Source: an uncultured Clostridia bacterium (GTDB taxonomy: Bacteria > Bacillota > Clostridia > TANB77 > CAG-508). Taken from it: 55,150 bases of DNA. The notes under the pieces were generated by a model. It was not told where the DNA came from, searched no databases, and saw only the letters and a list, made by a program, of their open reading frames with translations. The position numbers and the translations under genes were made by a program. Shown piece by piece: positions 30,847 to 38,765 of this stretch (its first letter is position 1; each line of letters starts with the position of its first letter). The DNA lies in the NCBI GenBank assembly GCA_947626295.1, contig CANQRS010000001.1, positions 1-55,150 on the forward strand. The letters run 5' to 3'.

Positions 30847-32571
30847 CTACTCCTTACGACTAATTTTTTCTTTAATCCACTCAATAAATTCATTAACTGA
30901 CATTTTACTGAGCTCTTGACTACTATGAAGTTCTCTAATGCTGACTAGACCTTCATCAACTTCTTGTTTGCCAACAATAAGCATATAAGGAATCTTTTGA
31001 CCTCTAGCTTCACGGATTTTGTAACCGAGTTTCTCATTTCTTAAGTCAACTTCCGAACGAATCCCTTCTTTCTCAAGTTTCTGGTTTACTTCATTAGCAT
31101 AATCACAAAACGAAATGGAAATTGGAAGAATCCTTACCTGAATTGGTGCAATCCAAAGTGGAAATTCACCATTAAAATGCTCTAATATGATTCCCAAAAA
31201 TCTTTCCAATGAGCCAAATATGACTCTATGGATAATTATTGGACGTTCATTTTCGCCATTTGCATTCACATATTCAAGGTCGAATTTTATCGGTAATTGG
31301 AAATCCAGCTGTATCGTACCCATCTGCCATTCTCTACCCAAACAATCTTTCATTTGGATATCAATTTTAGGTCCATAAAAAGCACCATCTTTATCTTTAA
31401 TGGGATAATTATTATCACCATATAAATCATCCAGTACTCTTCTAAGTTCGTCTTCAGCTTTATTCCAAATCTCAATATCTCCCATAAAATCATCTGGTCT
31501 GGTAGAAAGTGAAGCCTTATATTCAAGTCCAAATGCCTTATAAAACATATCGGCAATTTCTAAAATATTCTTTATTTCACTACCAATTTGAGACTTAGAG
31601 ATAAAATTATGAGAATCATCCTGACGGAACATTCTTGTTCTTAACAGTCCATTAAGTTGTCCTGATTTTTCATTGCGGTGAATCACATCAATATCACTCA
31701 ATCGCAATGGCAACTCTCTATAACTACGTTTCTTCATTTTGTAAATCATAATTGCATTTGGACAACTCATAGGTTTCAACGCTTGCTCATTTCCATCACC
31801 ATCCTGTAAGACATACATATCTTCTTTGTAATGGTCCCAGTGTCCAGATTGTTTCCATAACTGGCTACTATTAACTTGCGGTGCGGAAAATTCTAAATAT
31901 CCCAGTTTCTTATGCTCCTTACGCCAGAAATCAATCAAGTTGTTGTATAATATCCAACCTTTAGGAAGCCAATATGGCATACCTGGTGCTGAATCTATGA
32001 AGGAGAAAAGTTCAAGTTCTCGCCCCAATTTGCGATGGTCTCTGTTTTTCATGTTCTCTAAATTTTTAAGATATTCATTCATCTCATCAGAACTCTGAAA
32101 AGCAATACCATAAATTCTCTGTAAAGATTCGTTGTTTTCGTCTCCCTTCCAATATACTGCAGATGAAGATAAAAGTTTTAGTGCCTTAATTTTACTTATT
32201 GCCAAACATTCAGACTGTTCAAACACATCAATAAAATTTCCATGCTTGAAAATAAAAACATTCTCTTCCTCTTGCATATCAATCAACTCAGCTTTGTAAT
32301 TTTCTCCTTTCTCCAACATAAAGCTTTGTACTTCAGCCTTTGGTTTAGAAATAATCTCTACTACTTTGCTATGTTTACAAATCCGTTTCATCTTTTGTTC
32401 AATCTTTCTCATATCTTCTTCAGAAAACGGCTTTTCAATAGCAAAATCGTAATAGAACATATCTCTATTTAAACCACAATCTGCAAGTTTTGATGAAGGG
32501 AACAGTTCTTTAACAGCCTGAGCCATAACTCTCGAAGCCACAATTAAAATATGGCTTTTCTGTACCAACAT
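30847..32571 (-). CDS. Second, N-terminally short threonyl-tRNA synthetase paralog (no TGS domain, editing residues replaced)
   Basis: 574 aa; aligns to ThrS from residue ~70; IVASR for HTSSH, DVFEQSE for DLCSGPH; catalytic SCPNA, RQDDSHNF, IIIHRV retained; GGAGG RBS. Confidence 0.85.
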   Translation of the reverse strand: MLVQKSHILIVASRVMAQAVKELFPSSKLADCGLNRDMFYYDFAIEKPFSEEDMRKIEQKMKRICKHSKVVEIISKPKAEVQSFMLEKGENYKAELIDMQEEENVFIFKHGNFIDVFEQSECLAISKIKALKLLSSSAVYWKGDENNESLQRIYGIAFQSSDEMNEYLKNLENMKNRDHRKLGRELELFSFIDSAPGMPYWLPKGWILYNNLIDFWRKEHKKLGYLEFSAPQVNSSQLWKQSGHWDHYKEDMYVLQDGDGNEQALKPMSCPNAIMIYKMKKRSYRELPLRLSDIDVIHRNEKSGQLNGLLRTRMFRQDDSHNFISKSQIGSEIKNILEIADMFYKAFGLEYKASLSTRPDDFMGDIEIWNKAEDELRRVLDDLYGDNNYPIKDKDGAFYGPKIDIQMKDCLGREWQMGTIQLDFQLPIKFDLEYVNANGENERPIIIHRVIFGSLERFLGIILEHFNGEFPLWIAPIQVRILPISISFCDYANEVNQKLEKEGIRSEVDLRNEKLGYKIREARGQKIPYMLIVGKQEVDEGLVSIRELHSSQELSKMSVNEFIEWIKEKISRKE

Positions 32572-32728
32572 TTTAAATTTCCTCCATTAAGATTTTTAAT
32601 TAATGTTTTCAATGTACTCCTTCGTGTTTAACATTTTAATTAGTCATTTTTTCCTCCTTAAAAATTATTTTACATAGTTGCTTTTGCTATTAAATGTGAA
32701 AAGGAGTAAATACTATGCATTGCTATTA
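32572..32728 (-). promoter_or_regulatory. thrS2 5' leader with two mini-ORFs (MTN*, MLNTKEYIENIN*) and an anti-SD element; not a T-box
   Basis: AAGGAGG-6nt-ATG ACT AAT TAA (32647-32636); ATG at 32634 to TAA 32596; ACUCCUU (32707-32701) complementary to AAGGAGG (32659-32653) and AAGGAGU (32622-32616). Confidence 0.45.
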
Positions 32729-32757
32729 ATTATAGCATTTTTTAGTGTAAAAGTCAA
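32729..32757 (-). promoter_or_regulatory. Promoter of thrS2 (extended -10)
   Basis: TTGACT (32757-32752) - 17 nt - TGcTATAAT (32734-32729). Confidence 0.6.
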
Positions 32758-32920
32758 CATAAAATCAAAAAATCAAAAAAATTTTTTATACATATGTGCA
32801 AGATTATTTTAATGAGGATAGATTAATGATAATTCAATCCGATATGAAGGAGGATACCAATTAACAAGAGATAAAAGTTATAATGCAATAATCAGGTATG
32901 ACAGTATTAATAACATTAGT

Positions 32921-32959
32921 AAAGCTATAAAATACAGATTTATCTGATTTTATAGCTTT
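32921..32959. terminator. Long hairpin between the ATP-grasp gene and thrS2
   Basis: AAAGCTATAAAATACAGAT / ATCTGATTTTATAGCTTT near-perfect inverted repeat; weak U-tract. Confidence 0.45.
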
Positions 32960-32984
32960 ATTGATTTCATACATATCATAAACT

Positions 32985-34286
32985 CTATGTAATAAATTTA
33001 AAATTATTTAATCCCTTTATTACTCTTTTTTCTAATTCATTAAAACTTATATCATTTCCCTTATATACTATATGTCCATTTGATCTACAACTTTTTGGGG
33101 CTCTTACAGCCATTTCATCAACATCGTCATATATTTGATGTTCACAATAATATGCATCCCAAATTGCAATAGGTTCTCCTATAATTTTCTTTATAACTCC
33201 TTCTTTTTCAGCCCACAAACAATGTGTTATTGTATTTATATGAGTATCTCGATCAATTTTAGGTTCATTTCCCATTGATAAATCTATTAAAATTTCTAAA
33301 TAATCATTTCCAGTAGAATGTAATAGTGATTTGTATATTGGTCCTCCTCCTAATCTAGCTCCAAATTCTAACAATACTAAATCATCTTGAAAAGTTCTAA
33401 ATTCTGTGTGTAATACATAACAACCATCTCCAAGTTTTTTATGAATTTTAGAAACATATTCTTTTGCTTTGTCTTGCAATTTTTTTGGTATCCTAGTTGG
33501 TGTAGACCATATATACTCTTCAAAATATGGTCCGTTAGAAGGAATAGGTTTGTCATGTATTGTTAATACTATTGTCTCTCCTTTATAATAAATACTTTCT
33601 ACACTTATCTCTCCAATTTTAAATGGAAAGTTTGTTTCAAACATCATTTCTCCACCAATGATTTCTTCTGCTATAAATGGAACATTTCCTTTGTCGTCGG
33701 CATATTTTAAATATAAAGCATCATTTTGATATTTTTCATTTGCAATTTTAACTAAATCATCAATTCCTTCTAGTAATTCGTTTTTATTCTCAAATCGCTT
33801 GACTAATGTTGAGCCACCTCCTATTGTCGGCTTTACAACTACAGGAAATTTTAAGTTATCACATTTAGTGCTTAAATCTCCATTTAATATTTCAAATCTA
33901 GGAACAGGAATATCTAAATCTTTGCAGAATTTTCTCATTTCGTATTTGTTTCTTCCAATTCTTACTATATTTTCATCTGGTCCTATTAAATTAAACTCCT
34001 TGCAAAGTAAACTATGTAATGGTACGCACATTTCTGAAACATTAATTATTCCATCTGGACTACCTATTTCTTTTATTTTAGAAACTATTTCATTAATATT
34101 TTCATACACTTTTTTCATAGGTACTTTTAAAATATTATCTACATAATCTTTTTGAAAATATGTATTTGTATTTTCGTCAAGCACCAATGTTATTATATAT
34201 TTATCTCTTAATTTTTTTAATTTTCTTAGATGCTCCAATCTGCTTGGGTTATGCGAATATAATACAATTATATGTTTCTTTTTCAT
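32985..34286 (-). CDS. ATP-grasp ligase (L-amino-acid-ligase-like architecture)
   Basis: FPVVVKPTIGGGSTLVKR, AEEIIGGEM, LLEFGARLGGG motifs; AGGAGGAAAAATAAA RBS. Confidence 0.7.
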   Translation of the reverse strand: MKKKHIIVLYSHNPSRLEHLRKLKKLRDKYIITLVLDENTNTYFQKDYVDNILKVPMKKVYENINEIVSKIKEIGSPDGIINVSEMCVPLHSLLCKEFNLIGPDENIVRIGRNKYEMRKFCKDLDIPVPRFEILNGDLSTKCDNLKFPVVVKPTIGGGSTLVKRFENKNELLEGIDDLVKIANEKYQNDALYLKYADDKGNVPFIAEEIIGGEMMFETNFPFKIGEISVESIYYKGETIVLTIHDKPIPSNGPYFEEYIWSTPTRIPKKLQDKAKEYVSKIHKKLGDGCYVLHTEFRTFQDDLVLLEFGARLGGGPIYKSLLHSTGNDYLEILIDLSMGNEPKIDRDTHINTITHCLWAEKEGVIKKIIGEPIAIWDAYYCEHQIYDDVDEMAVRAPKSCRSNGHIVYKGNDISFNELEKRVIKGLNNFKFIT

Positions 34287-34440
34287 TTTATTTTTCCTCC
34301 TAATAATAAAAATTTTTTAATCTTTCCATTCCCTTATATATTTATTTCATCAATTTTATTTCTAACTGTATTTGTATAGTGATTAGTTTCATTGTTTAAA
34401 ACTATTATAGAAGATTCCTTTATTTTATCGCTAATTTTTA

Positions 34441-35661
34441 TTATTTAAATATATCAGATGACAATCCATTATCTAAAACCTTTTTTACTTTCAAGCAAGA
34501 AGGATCTGAACCTACTAAACACTCATATTTACTGCAACCATAATTTAGTAATGTCTGATATACTGTACCTCTACACCCTCCATAACATTCTTTTTTCTTA
34601 AATAAATCACAATTTTTACAATCTCCTTGAATATATTTAGTTAAATTTCTAATAATTTTTAAATCTTCATTTTCTAATATGTCAATTAATCTTTTTTCAT
34701 TCATATTTCCCATAATCAAATCAATTCCCGGACAAGGAGCAATATTTCCATCAGCTTTCAAATCTACTCTAATTAGGTTTTGATAACAAGTTCCTGCAAC
34801 ATATGGCGGTTTTATCTCCCAATGTTCATAACCTTCTGAAATATCATTATCTAATATTTTTTCAAACAATTTGTTCATTTCTGATTTCGTAATTTGTAAA
34901 TTAGGATTATTTCTTGCAAAGCCTTGTAATTTCATAACTTCTATATGGCTATATATGTTCAATGCTCTAAATTGTTGAACTAATTCTGGTAAATATTTAA
35001 TATTATTTCTAGCAATAATTGATTCTACACCTAATCTTGTACATCCATCTAAAATTTCTTTATTGAATCCTATTTCTATAAGATTTTTAATAAGTTTCTT
35101 TTGTTGTTCATAAACAGTCACTGCATCTTGCTTTCTTCCCGATAAATTTTTTTGTATATTACAAAATTCTGAATATCTCTCATCCGTATTATCTACCATT
35201 GGAACATTCAATTTAACTAAGACACATATGCCTAAATCATATATTCTTTTTAAATCATCATATTTCCATAGTGTTCCATTAGTTACAAGTGTAGTACATA
35301 TTCCTTTATTTACACAATATTCTATTATATTAAATATATCTGGTGAAGTTGCAGGTTCAAAAGTTCCATTTATCGTTATAGTATTTATACCTATTTCTAT
35401 TGCTTGATCTATCCAGCTTTTCGTCTTTTTTGCCCACTCTTTATCCTTATATGGATCTATTCCATTATAATATAAATTTTCTTTGATTTCTGGTCTATCT
35501 GAAAGTTCAGAGCTACCTGCATAGCAATATGGACAAGCCCAATTACATGCTACTGGAGTATTTACTTTTAATCCTAATCTTAATAATTTATTTTCTTCAG
35601 CAATTTCATAATATTTCTCTTTAGGGGTTTCAAAACTTAGTAATTTCGGTATAGTTTTCAT
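34441..35661 (-). CDS. Radical SAM enzyme with C-terminal SPASM/twitch-like Cys cluster
   Basis: CNWACPYC (CX3CX2C) near the N-terminus; CKNCDLFKKKECYGGCRG and further Cys near the C-terminus; AAAGGAG RBS. Confidence 0.75.
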   Translation of the reverse strand: MKTIPKLLSFETPKEKYYEIAEENKLLRLGLKVNTPVACNWACPYCYAGSSELSDRPEIKENLYYNGIDPYKDKEWAKKTKSWIDQAIEIGINTITINGTFEPATSPDIFNIIEYCVNKGICTTLVTNGTLWKYDDLKRIYDLGICVLVKLNVPMVDNTDERYSEFCNIQKNLSGRKQDAVTVYEQQKKLIKNLIEIGFNKEILDGCTRLGVESIIARNNIKYLPELVQQFRALNIYSHIEVMKLQGFARNNPNLQITKSEMNKLFEKILDNDISEGYEHWEIKPPYVAGTCYQNLIRVDLKADGNIAPCPGIDLIMGNMNEKRLIDILENEDLKIIRNLTKYIQGDCKNCDLFKKKECYGGCRGTVYQTLLNYGCSKYECLVGSDPSCLKVKKVLDNGLSSDIFK

Positions 35662-35689
35662 GCTATTCTCCTTTATATATATTATTATA

Positions 35690-36428
35690 TTAAAATTTGA
35701 TTATTTTTTCCCAACTTAATTCTTCTTTTCCAAAATATCCATAATTTATTGTTTTTTGTAAATTCAAATATTTTATAATTCCAATAGGGGTTAAATCAAA
35801 TCTTTTCTTTACTTTATCAATAATTTCATCTTCTGGTATATTATTAGTTCCAAATGTATTAATATAAATTGATATTGGTTCTTTAATTCCTATTGAATAA
35901 GATACCTATAATTCACATCTGTCAGCATATTTATTTGCCACAACATTTTTTTGCAATATGTTGCATCATATATACTGTACTTCTATCTACCTTGCTAGCC
36001 TCTTTACTTGAAAAAGCTCCTCCACCATATTTTGCATATCCACCATAAGTATCTACTATTATTTTTTCCTGTAAGCCCTGTATCTCTTAAAAGTCCACCA
36101 ATAACAAATCTTCCTGTTGGATTAATTAATATTTTTGTGTTTTTATCAAAATATTCTTTTGGAATAACTTTTCTTTATTATATCGTTTTTCATTCTATTA
36201 ACATCTGTACCTTCTTCATACTGATTAGATATTAAAATTGTTTCAATTCTTTTAGGTTTCCCATTTTCATACTCAACCGTTACTTGTATTTTTCCATCAG
36301 GTCTTAAATATTCCCACTCTTTTGTTTTTCTAACTTCTGCTATTTTTTTGATAACATATGTAGTCACATAATTTGTCTGGATGTCCTTCTGTAACACTTT
36401 CTGATGTAAAATAATAGTTTTTTTGCAT
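35690..36428 (-). pseudogene. metK: S-adenosylmethionine synthetase (metK) pseudogene
   Basis: [22 protein letters not shown] then a jump to ..[28 protein letters not shown] (about 95 aa missing), at least 4 frame changes at A-runs and an in-frame TAG in C-E-L-*-VSYSIG; C-terminal ..FGKEELSWEKI recognisable. Confidence 0.85.
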
Positions 36429-36611
36429 TTCCTCTCCTTCCTTTCTTTTTTATAAAAAAGAACAAAGCTCTAAATGCTTTGCTCACAAAAAGGCACAATG
36501 GCACTGTAAATTACATAATAGTAAGCTGTTTTTTACACTTTGTGATTTCATTGCCATCATCACCTTCCTTCAATATGCTTACATTATATCAGATTTTAAC
36601 TACTTTGTAAA
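36429..36611 (-). promoter_or_regulatory. metK promoter plus structured attenuator leader (class not recognised)
   Basis: TTTACA (36611-36606) - 17 nt - TATAAT (36588-36583); P1-like GTAAGC...GCTTAC; terminator GAGCAAAGC/GCTTTGTTC (36484-36460) plus T6; TCACAAA/TTTGTGA alternative pairing. Confidence 0.5.
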
Positions 36612-36624
36612 GATTCTTTATTTT

Positions 36625-36651
36625 GTATTTTTTCGTTTGTGCCATTTTTTC
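36625..36651. repeat. 27-bp exact repeat GTATTTTTTCGTTTGTGCCATTTTTTC, copy 2
   Basis: Identical to 27361-27387; lies about 150 bp beyond the stop of the transposase remnant. Confidence 0.8.
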
Positions 36652-36797
36652 ACTTTTCGTTGTTAAAAATTTACATATTCTATTTTAAAATATGCTTTAC
36701 TGTAAATTATATTTTTGATTTTTCCTCTTTTCATATTTTACCAGTATAAAAGGGCACAATATCTCTATGCCAGATTTACATAATCTTGATAAATACT

Positions 36798-37116
36798 TTA
36801 TGCAACTAAGCTTCTTATATTCTTTTGTTTACTCTTTATATGTAGCATTACAATAAATGTTAAATTTAGCATTAACTCCATTTTCTTTTGTCCTCTTATG
36901 AAATGGTTATTAAACATATAATCTCTATCTATTCTTCCATTTAGTCTTTCTATTCCGTTCTCTTTTTATATTTAGTTTTAAATCTTTTACTATCTCTTGC
37001 TATTGGCATAAATATTCTATAATCTGTTTCTAATGGTATCCTATATATTTTTTTCTTGTTTTTTCTCTTGTATACCTTAAACTATTATTTGCTTTATCAT
37101 ATCCTAGATATTTCGT
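36798..37116 (-). pseudogene. C-terminal remnant of a DDE transposase (IS4/IS5-like), frameshifted
   Basis: Three frames give ..LRYTREKTRKKY / IYRIPLETDYRIFMPIARDSKRFKTKYKKR / GIERLNGRIDRDYMFNNHFIRGQKKMELMLNLTFIVMLH..*; no N-terminal part. Confidence 0.6.
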
Positions 37117-37896
37117 CTATTGTGGAGTCAAACCTCCATAATTTTTAGTAAACCACTCGTTATAATCAAATGCCTCCAAAGTTTTTGGCAATCCGTAATT
37201 AGCTCCAAAAGTATCTACCGTTATGGATTTTATTTTTACATCTTCTTTAGGTGTTGAAGCCTCTGTATTGCTATCTTCTTCTTTCTTTAACTCTACACTT
37301 GCTATTTTCTTAACAACATCCATTCCCTCTATTACTTTTCCAAAACCTGCATAATGACCACTTAAAGATGTATAATCATTTGAAGTCATTATAAAAAATT
37401 GAGTTCCTCCTGAATTATATGACTCTTCTGTTAATGATGGTGCATAAGAAGTATAATCAATTCTTCCCATTGCTAATGTACCTTCTGTTAAATTCAAATC
37501 ATTTTGTGTAAATCCATTATCTACAAATTCACCTTTTATCGTATATTTCGTTTCATCATCGTTTCCATATAAATTTCCTAATGTTGCACTTCCTGTACCA
37601 TCACCATTTATATCTCCACCTTGTATCATAAAATCTTTTACAACTCTATGAAATTTTAACCCATCATAAAACTTATTATTTATTAAAGCTATAAAGTTTG
37701 CCACAGTATTAGGTGCCTTATCTGGATACAATTCCATCTTTACAGTTCCAAAATTTTCAACCTCCATTGTTACTATAGGATTTTGTATATTTACAGTCTG
37801 TTTTTTATAATATCCATAGCACAAAAATCCTATTACTCCTAATATTATTATTAAAATTATTATAGTTACTATTTTCCATTTTGTTTTTTGTTCCAT
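37117..37896 (-). CDS. Membrane-anchored cyclophilin-type peptidyl-prolyl isomerase
   Basis: FHRVVKDFMIQGGD, GTQFFIM motifs; N-terminal TM; start at MEQKTKW after GGAGGAGAAAGGTA. Confidence 0.85.
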   Translation of the reverse strand: MEQKTKWKIVTIIILIIILGVIGFLCYGYYKKQTVNIQNPIVTMEVENFGTVKMELYPDKAPNTVANFIALINNKFYDGLKFHRVVKDFMIQGGDINGDGTGSATLGNLYGNDDETKYTIKGEFVDNGFTQNDLNLTEGTLAMGRIDYTSYAPSLTEESYNSGGTQFFIMTSNDYTSLSGHYAGFGKVIEGMDVVKKIASVELKKEEDSNTEASTPKEDVKIKSITVDTFGANYGLPKTLEAFDYNEWFTKNYGGLTPQ

Positions 37897-38072
37897 TACC
37901 TTTCTCCTCCCATATATGCTTTTTTTCAACTTTTTATATCTTATATTAATTTTTTCCCATTGTCAATACATAAATCCAAAATTGTCACATCTTTATTGAC
38001 AAATCAATTCGTAACTTTTTTCAATCTTCTCTCATAAAATATAAATATACAAATATGAAAGGAGACTTTTTT

Positions 38073-38754
38073 GTGGCTAAAATTTTATTATTTAACAATG
38101 ATACAGACCGAATGGAAACATATATATTAGGCGAATCATCTCCAATGCCATATAATACCAATGGAACTCTACGAGTTCGAGAATTTAGAGGTTCAAGTAA
38201 ATCTAATATACTATGGACTACAAAAAGAACTATGCAATCTTGGAATAGTCAGCGATATATATGGGGAGCTCCTATTCCTGTAGGATTTGCATTTAAACGT
38301 CCTTACGAAGGAGGACATCGGAAATCAATCACAGCACTACTCAGGAACAGCTTTTGATGTTGGTCAAACATTAAGTAGTACCCGAAGAAGAGCTTTATGG
38401 AATAGTGCGAACTCTTCTGGTGTATGGGCTTATGTAGAACCTTATTCTTTAACTCCAACGTGGGTTCATTGGGATAAAAGATTTGGTACTCCAGCCTGTT
38501 CTTCAGGAGGATTTCCTTTACTAAGACGTGGTAGTGTAAGCAATTATGTGTGTATCGCTCAAGACGACCTAAATACACTAGGTTATTCTACTGGCGGACT
38601 TGACGGTATATTTGGTACTCAAACATATAATGCTGTAAAAGCATATCAAGCATCAGTTGGGCTATCCTCAGATGGTATAGTTGGCTGTAATACTTGGAGA
38701 GCCCTACAAGAAGCTGTTGTAGGTAAAGGTGCAACAAGTACAACTATAAACTAA
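38073..38754 (+). pseudogene. Peptidase M15 (VanY/D-Ala-D-Ala carboxypeptidase-like) with PG_binding_1 domain, +1 frame change at about 38319
   Basis: Frame 1 ends ..FKRPYEGGH; frame 2 continues GNQSQHYSGTAFDVG ... TWVHWD ... LGYSTGGLDGIFGTQTYNAVKAYQ; GTG start after AAAGGAG. Confidence 0.7.
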
Positions 38755-38765
38755 AAGAAAGTGTC

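Noticed and set aside
32660-32700. tRNA(Thr) anticodon-arm mimic (CUAUGUAAAA) in the thrS2 leader, like the E. coli thrS operator
   Set aside because: The putative loop has A where U33 is expected, and no supporting stem of the right geometry. The evidence is too weak.
34287-34440. Possible RiPP precursor peptides between the radical-SAM and ATP-grasp genes (MKLITIQIQLEIKLMK, MERLKNFYY), and the tiny ORFs MHCY, MIIQSDMKEDTN and MTVLITLVKL on the plus strand of 32701-32930
   Set aside because: None has a properly spaced RBS. They have no Cys/Ser/Thr-rich or acidic/Lys core expected for SPASM or ATP-grasp substrates, and their lengths are within chance expectation for AT-rich DNA.
36429-36600. 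SAM-I (S-box) or SMK-box riboswitch upstream of metK
   Set aside because: I could not find the conserved S-box junction sequences (GAGGGA...GCAACC...GGTGCTAA type) or SMK-box features by eye. I kept it only as an unclassified attenuator pending an Rfam scan.
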